Part shown: positions 24,026-27,739 of the stretch, piece by piece | Layout of the letters: each line of letters opens with the position of its first letter | Position numbering within the stretch: position 1 is the first letter of the stretch | Notes under the pieces: model-generated | Told to the model about the DNA's origin: nothing | What the model saw: only the letters and a program-made list of their open reading frames with translations | The model's database searches: none | Translations under genes and position numbers: made by a program | DNA from: a virus | Taxonomy: Duplodnaviria; Caudoviricetes | Reading direction: 5' to 3' (one strand) | DNA length: 27,739 nucleotides | Virus record (IMG/VR): IMGVR_UViG_3300027693_000018 | Coordinates: 1-27,739 of that record

Positions 24026-25589
24026 CCTCCATCGCCAGCGCCATCAGCCCGTTGACGGCCGTCGCCTCAGCCAGCGTCACCGCCGGCGTGCCGAACCGCA
24101 GCGCCTGCGCCCGCTGCGCCTGCACGTACATGCGCGCCGTGCTGATCGGCATCCGCAGCGTCTGCGCCACATAATCCGCGTGCGTGACATAGAACTCATT
24201 GACCTCGCCCTCGAACGCCTCGAAATCATCCCCCGCCCGCCGGGCCGCCCGCGTCAGCGCGGCTATTTCCTTGCGCACGACCCGCCCCGCCGCCTCCGCC
24301 AGGATCGCCCGGTAATGCTCCGCCCTCTGTCCCCTGTCCCCTGACTCCCGGTCTCCTGCCCCCTGGTCCTCGTCCTTAGCCTCGTCCTTAGCCTCGTCCT
24401 CATCCTCACCCGCCGGTGCCATGTTCAACGGCTGCAGATACACGTCCCCATTCTCGATCGGGTTCATGTTCTCCATCCGCCGGATCTCGTTCGTGCTCAG
24501 CCAGCCCCCCTGGCGCCCCGCCGCGTAATAGGCCGTGCGGCTGGCCAGGTCACCACGCTCCAAAGCGTCGAAGAGAAACTCCGCATAGTAGGCACGCGTT
24601 GCGATGATCAAATCCCGCAGCGTCGCCTGCTCCCACATGCGCGCCCACGGCAGCAAGGTGTAGGTCTTGTACCCCAGGTTCATCGACTCGATGCCCGTGC
24701 CCCACGAGGTGGTCTTGGACGTGCTCTGGATCATGTGCAGCGGCACGCCGAACCAGCGGGCGATATCCTCGACCTGGTACTCGCGCGTCTGCAGGAACTG
24801 GCTGTCCTCGTTCGACATGCCGACCGGCTTGACCTCGATCCCCTCGGCCATCACCGCTACCCGGTGCGCGTTGTCCAGCCCAGCCATGTCAGCCTGCCAC
24901 TCGTCGCGAATCCGCTCTCGCCCGTCCCGGTTCACCTTGCCCGGATGTACCAGCACGGCTGAGGGCACCGCGTTCTGGGAGAAATAGCGCGCCCCGTAGC
25001 TCTCGGCCGCCATCGCCATGCCCACGCTCTCCCGCGCGTAGCTGATCACCGACAGCCCGCAGATTCCATCGAGGGAAAGACCGCGCAAGTGGAAGATCTG
25101 GTAATCCTCGAAGGGCTTCTTGGTCCCGTCCGCCTGCGTCACCTGGTAGCGCAGCCCCGTGCTCACCTTTTCGACAGTCACCAGGTCGGGGTGGATCGGG
25201 ATCAGCTCATCGACGGCCCCGCGCGGCCCGGGCAGAATATAGGCATAAGAATTGCCGCGCAGCAGCAGGTGCCCCGTCATCATGCTGATGAAATCGAAGG
25301 CCGTTTGCCAGCGGTTCGGCTGGTAGCGCAGGATGTCGCTCAGCGGATGTTGCTCAGCCCGCGTCCGGCCCCCGTCGGCCTGCCGCTGGTAGACGATGAA
25401 GGGCATGGTAGCCAGCCCCGTGCTGATCAGCCGCACGCAGGCATACACCGCTGAGACTTTGAGGGCTGAATCCGCGCTCACCGCCACGCCGGCCGCCGTC
25501 GTCGGCCCGTAGCTCGTCCAATACCGCTCATCCAGCGGATCATTCGCCTTCGGCTTCAGCGGCGCCAACAAACTAGCCAAAAAGCTCAT
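24006..25589 (-). CDS. portal protein, HK97 family
   Basis: AVYACVRLIS, PNRWQTAFDF, LLRGNSY, IFHLRG, SQFLQTR and NEIRRMENMNP motifs, plus a C-terminal extension. Confidence 0.96.
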   Translation of the reverse strand: MSFLASLLAPLKPKANDPLDERYWTSYGPTTAAGVAVSADSALKVSAVYACVRLISTGLATMPFIVYQRQADGGRTRAEQHPLSDILRYQPNRWQTAFDFISMMTGHLLLRGNSYAYILPGPRGAVDELIPIHPDLVTVEKVSTGLRYQVTQADGTKKPFEDYQIFHLRGLSLDGICGLSVISYARESVGMAMAAESYGARYFSQNAVPSAVLVHPGKVNRDGRERIRDEWQADMAGLDNAHRVAVMAEGIEVKPVGMSNEDSQFLQTREYQVEDIARWFGVPLHMIQSTSKTTSWGTGIESMNLGYKTYTLLPWARMWEQATLRDLIIATRAYYAEFLFDALERGDLASRTAYYAAGRQGGWLSTNEIRRMENMNPIENGDVYLQPLNMAPAGEDEDEAKDEAKDEDQGAGDRESGDRGQRAEHYRAILAEAAGRVVRKEIAALTRAARRAGDDFEAFEGEVNEFYVTHADYVAQTLRMPISTARMYVQAQRAQALRFGTPAVTLAEATAVNGLMALAMEGEHVLE

Positions 25590-25750
25590 GCCTTCCCTCG
25601 CACATCCAACAGCACGTCAACCAGGGCAGTCAACAGCAGGATCGCCCCCACGGTCATCAACGCCGCCGGCAGCCCCCGCGCCAACCACATCCCGGCCGCC
25701 AACAGCCCCACTCCCGCTATTGCCACCAGCCCCGTGCCGTTAACCTTCAT
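25586..25750 (-). CDS. small hydrophobic protein (54 aa, two TM-like segments)
   Basis: MKVNGTGLVAIAGVGLLAAGMWLARGLPAALMTVGAILLLTALVDVLLDVRGKA*. Stop overlaps the portal ATG. Below the ORF-track cutoff. Confidence 0.75.
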   Translation of the reverse strand: MKVNGTGLVAIAGVGLLAAGMWLARGLPAALMTVGAILLLTALVDVLLDVRGKA

Positions 25751-25907
25751 CGCCGCTCCCAGCCATCAGCGTCACCGTCCACGCGAGCGCCGGCGCCTGC
25801 ACGGGCGCCACCGTCGGCTCCGGCCTGCAATCACAGCCCGGCACGCTCGGCGCCCACACCCGCCCGCAGCGGGGACAAATCCAGCCCAACACGACATGAT
25901 CAGTCAC
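25740..25907 (-). CDS. small Zn-ribbon-like protein (55 aa)
   Basis: GTG start. GWICPRCGRVWAPSVPGCDC motif. Fills the gap after the terminase. Confidence 0.65.
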   Translation of the reverse strand: MTDHVVLGWICPRCGRVWAPSVPGCDCRPEPTVAPVQAPALAWTVTLMAGSGDEG

Positions 25908-25916
25908 GGCTAAACC

Positions 25917-27620
25917 CTACTCCCGCTCATATCCGCTCTGCGCTCCCGCTGCCTCGGCTTCTTCTTCGTATATGCTCGGCCCGTTCTCGTTCCGCTCCCA
26001 CCGATCCAACGCCATCACTGTCGCCACGATCCCGTCGATCTTGCCCTGGCTCTCGGCCTTATCTGGCTTGAGATTCCCAGACGGGTCCTGCCGCACGGCC
26101 ACGTTCCCAGCCATCCAGCGCAAAATCGGATTCCCGCCATGATTTAGCTTATGCTCCAGCAGCAGCCGCTCGAACGTCTTCATCGGCGCCGCCATGCTGT
26201 AAAACCCCTGCCCCATGCCCAGCACGGTCATCCCCTCGTCCTGCAACTCCATGCTCATCGAGTAGCCCTGAAAGAGCCTGTCAACGTTTATGTCCATCAC
26301 CTGGAACTGGCTGGCATCCTGCAGTACATCCGCCTTGACCCTGGGATAATCGATCGCATTGCCCGGCGTCGTCGTCAGGAACCCCGCCCGAGCCCATGCC
26401 TGGTACTGTTCAGCGTAGCGGTTGCCCGGATCGGTCAGCCGGCTCTCCGGGCACCAGAAGCGACACCACAAATCCATGATCCCGCTGCCATCTTTCCGGG
26501 GAAACGCCAGCACCCACGCCGTCAAATCGCTTACTGACGACAAATCCAGACCGCCGTATCCTGACCGCCCCGCCAGCCCCTCAGCCGTTACCTCACCCCC
26601 GAAATTCGCTTCCCACAGCTCCGGTTTTAGCCACTGCACTGACTGCTGAGTCCAGATGTTGAATTGCTGCCGTAACAACGCGTTCAGCGATGATGGTAAT
26701 TTGGCAGCTTCCTCAACCAATGCTCGAAAACCATCAGGTAAAACCGATACGCCGAAATTCGGATTTACCTTCGGCCAGACTTTTTCGTCTCGCCAGTCAT
26801 CGCCTTCGTCCAACTCAGAGACAAATGCGAACCATCTATCATCCTCAATGGTCCCCTGCAGTATCTTCCTCGAGTAATCATAATGCTCGTAGCAGATGGT
26901 GCTCCGATTATAGCCAGCCGTCGAGATCTCCAAGATCAGCGGCTGCTTTCTCGCCCCCCATGCTCCCTTAAGCACATCGACCATCTCTGACGTTCTGTGC
27001 TCATGCAACTCATCTATAAGGCCAGCATGTACGTTGAGACCTGACGTTGTATTAGCATCGGCTCCTAAAGGTAAGAACTTCGATCCTGTTTTTTCAAAGA
27101 CAAGCGAATCAGAACTCCGCCAATGTTTCACCAGCGACCGTAAGGCCGGTGAAACGTTCACCATATTGACAGCTTCATCGTGTGCGAGTTTTGCTTGCTC
27201 CCGTTTCGTAGCGGCAGAGTAGACCTGCGCGCCCGCTTCGTGGTCGAACACCAGCATGTACAAGCCGATGCCGGCGATCAGTGTCGTTTTGCCATTTTTG
27301 CGCGGCACGAAAATGAAGCCGGTGCGGAATCGTCTGGTGCCATCCTCGTTCTTCCAGCCGAACAGATTCCAGATCACAAAATGCTGCCACGGACTAAGCT
27401 GGAAAGGCTTACCCGCCCATTGGCCCTTGCTGTGGGTGAACAGCGAGAAAATTGAAGCTACATACTCCGCATCACCCCTGTCAAAGTGCAATCCCCGTTC
27501 CCGCCCGTGCTCCAGGTCGTCCAGGTGCCGCTGCACCGCCCGCCGGATCATCCCCGACGCCGGCACACTCCCGTCCAGCACCCCCCGGCAGTACGCCACC
27601 ACCGGGTGCCGTTCAGCCAC
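25917..27620 (-). CDS. terL: terminase large subunit
   Basis: Walker A VPRKNGKT, Walker B LIDELHEH, nuclease motifs GGLDLSSVSDLTA and KIDGIVA. Confidence 0.97.
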   Translation of the reverse strand: MAERHPVVAYCRGVLDGSVPASGMIRRAVQRHLDDLEHGRERGLHFDRGDAEYVASIFSLFTHSKGQWAGKPFQLSPWQHFVIWNLFGWKNEDGTRRFRTGFIFVPRKNGKTTLIAGIGLYMLVFDHEAGAQVYSAATKREQAKLAHDEAVNMVNVSPALRSLVKHWRSSDSLVFEKTGSKFLPLGADANTTSGLNVHAGLIDELHEHRTSEMVDVLKGAWGARKQPLILEISTAGYNRSTICYEHYDYSRKILQGTIEDDRWFAFVSELDEGDDWRDEKVWPKVNPNFGVSVLPDGFRALVEEAAKLPSSLNALLRQQFNIWTQQSVQWLKPELWEANFGGEVTAEGLAGRSGYGGLDLSSVSDLTAWVLAFPRKDGSGIMDLWCRFWCPESRLTDPGNRYAEQYQAWARAGFLTTTPGNAIDYPRVKADVLQDASQFQVMDINVDRLFQGYSMSMELQDEGMTVLGMGQGFYSMAAPMKTFERLLLEHKLNHGGNPILRWMAGNVAVRQDPSGNLKPDKAESQGKIDGIVATVMALDRWERNENGPSIYEEEAEAAGAQSGYERE

Positions 27621-27739
27621 GTTCGATCACCCCGAAATACCAACCTGGATCGAGGATCAGCAGCTTTCGACCAGACCCCACGATGCTTGCCCATTCATGC
27701 TGGAGACGATCCCTCTGCGCCATCGACAGTTTCTCGGAA
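27613..27739 (-). CDS. 3' end of a gene upstream of the terminase (partial)
   Basis: ...SEKLSMAQRDRLQHEWASIVGSGRKLLILDPGWYFGVIERG*. The stop overlaps the terminase GTG (GTGGCTGA). Confidence 0.6.
   Translation of the reverse strand, partial: SEKLSMAQRDRLQHEWASIVGSGRKLLILDPGWYFGVIERG

Noticed and set aside
25586-25750. Small hydrophobic ORF as a holin
   Set aside because: No adjacent endolysin. Small membrane ORFs between terminase and portal are common in HK97-like phages.

Overview
GC-rich segment of a tailed dsDNA phage or prophage (siphovirus-like, HK97-fold head). Most of the window (about 3640-27739) is a minus-strand morphogenesis operon. In transcription order it runs: terminase large subunit, two small ORFs, portal, S49 prohead protease, major capsid protein, a block of nine putative head-accessory genes (beta-helix and lectin-like), head-tail adaptor, gp10-like neck protein, tail terminator, a second lectin-like paralogue, tail tube, tail chaperones G/GT joined by a -1 frameshift, tape measure, Dit-like and hub-like proteins, and a pectate-lyase-type tailspike. 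The left end (1-2566, plus strand) holds a D12-class adenine methyltransferase inside a partial tandem duplication whose two copies carry different cargo genes. Two plus-strand morons have their own sigma70-type promoters. One (2645-3508) has an operator palindrome and a GRKGGRPRK-tail protein. The other (11117-11583), between the tail chaperone and tape measure genes, is the most striking element: a c4/P4-CI-like cis antisense RNA whose loop is complementary to sites upstream, over the start codon of a 69-aa ORF, and at the downstream hairpin. Short strand-polarised tandem repeats mark many gene junctions. No integrase, lysis genes, CRISPR, tRNA or reverse transcriptase were seen. All product calls come from motif recognition and synteny by eye, not database searches.
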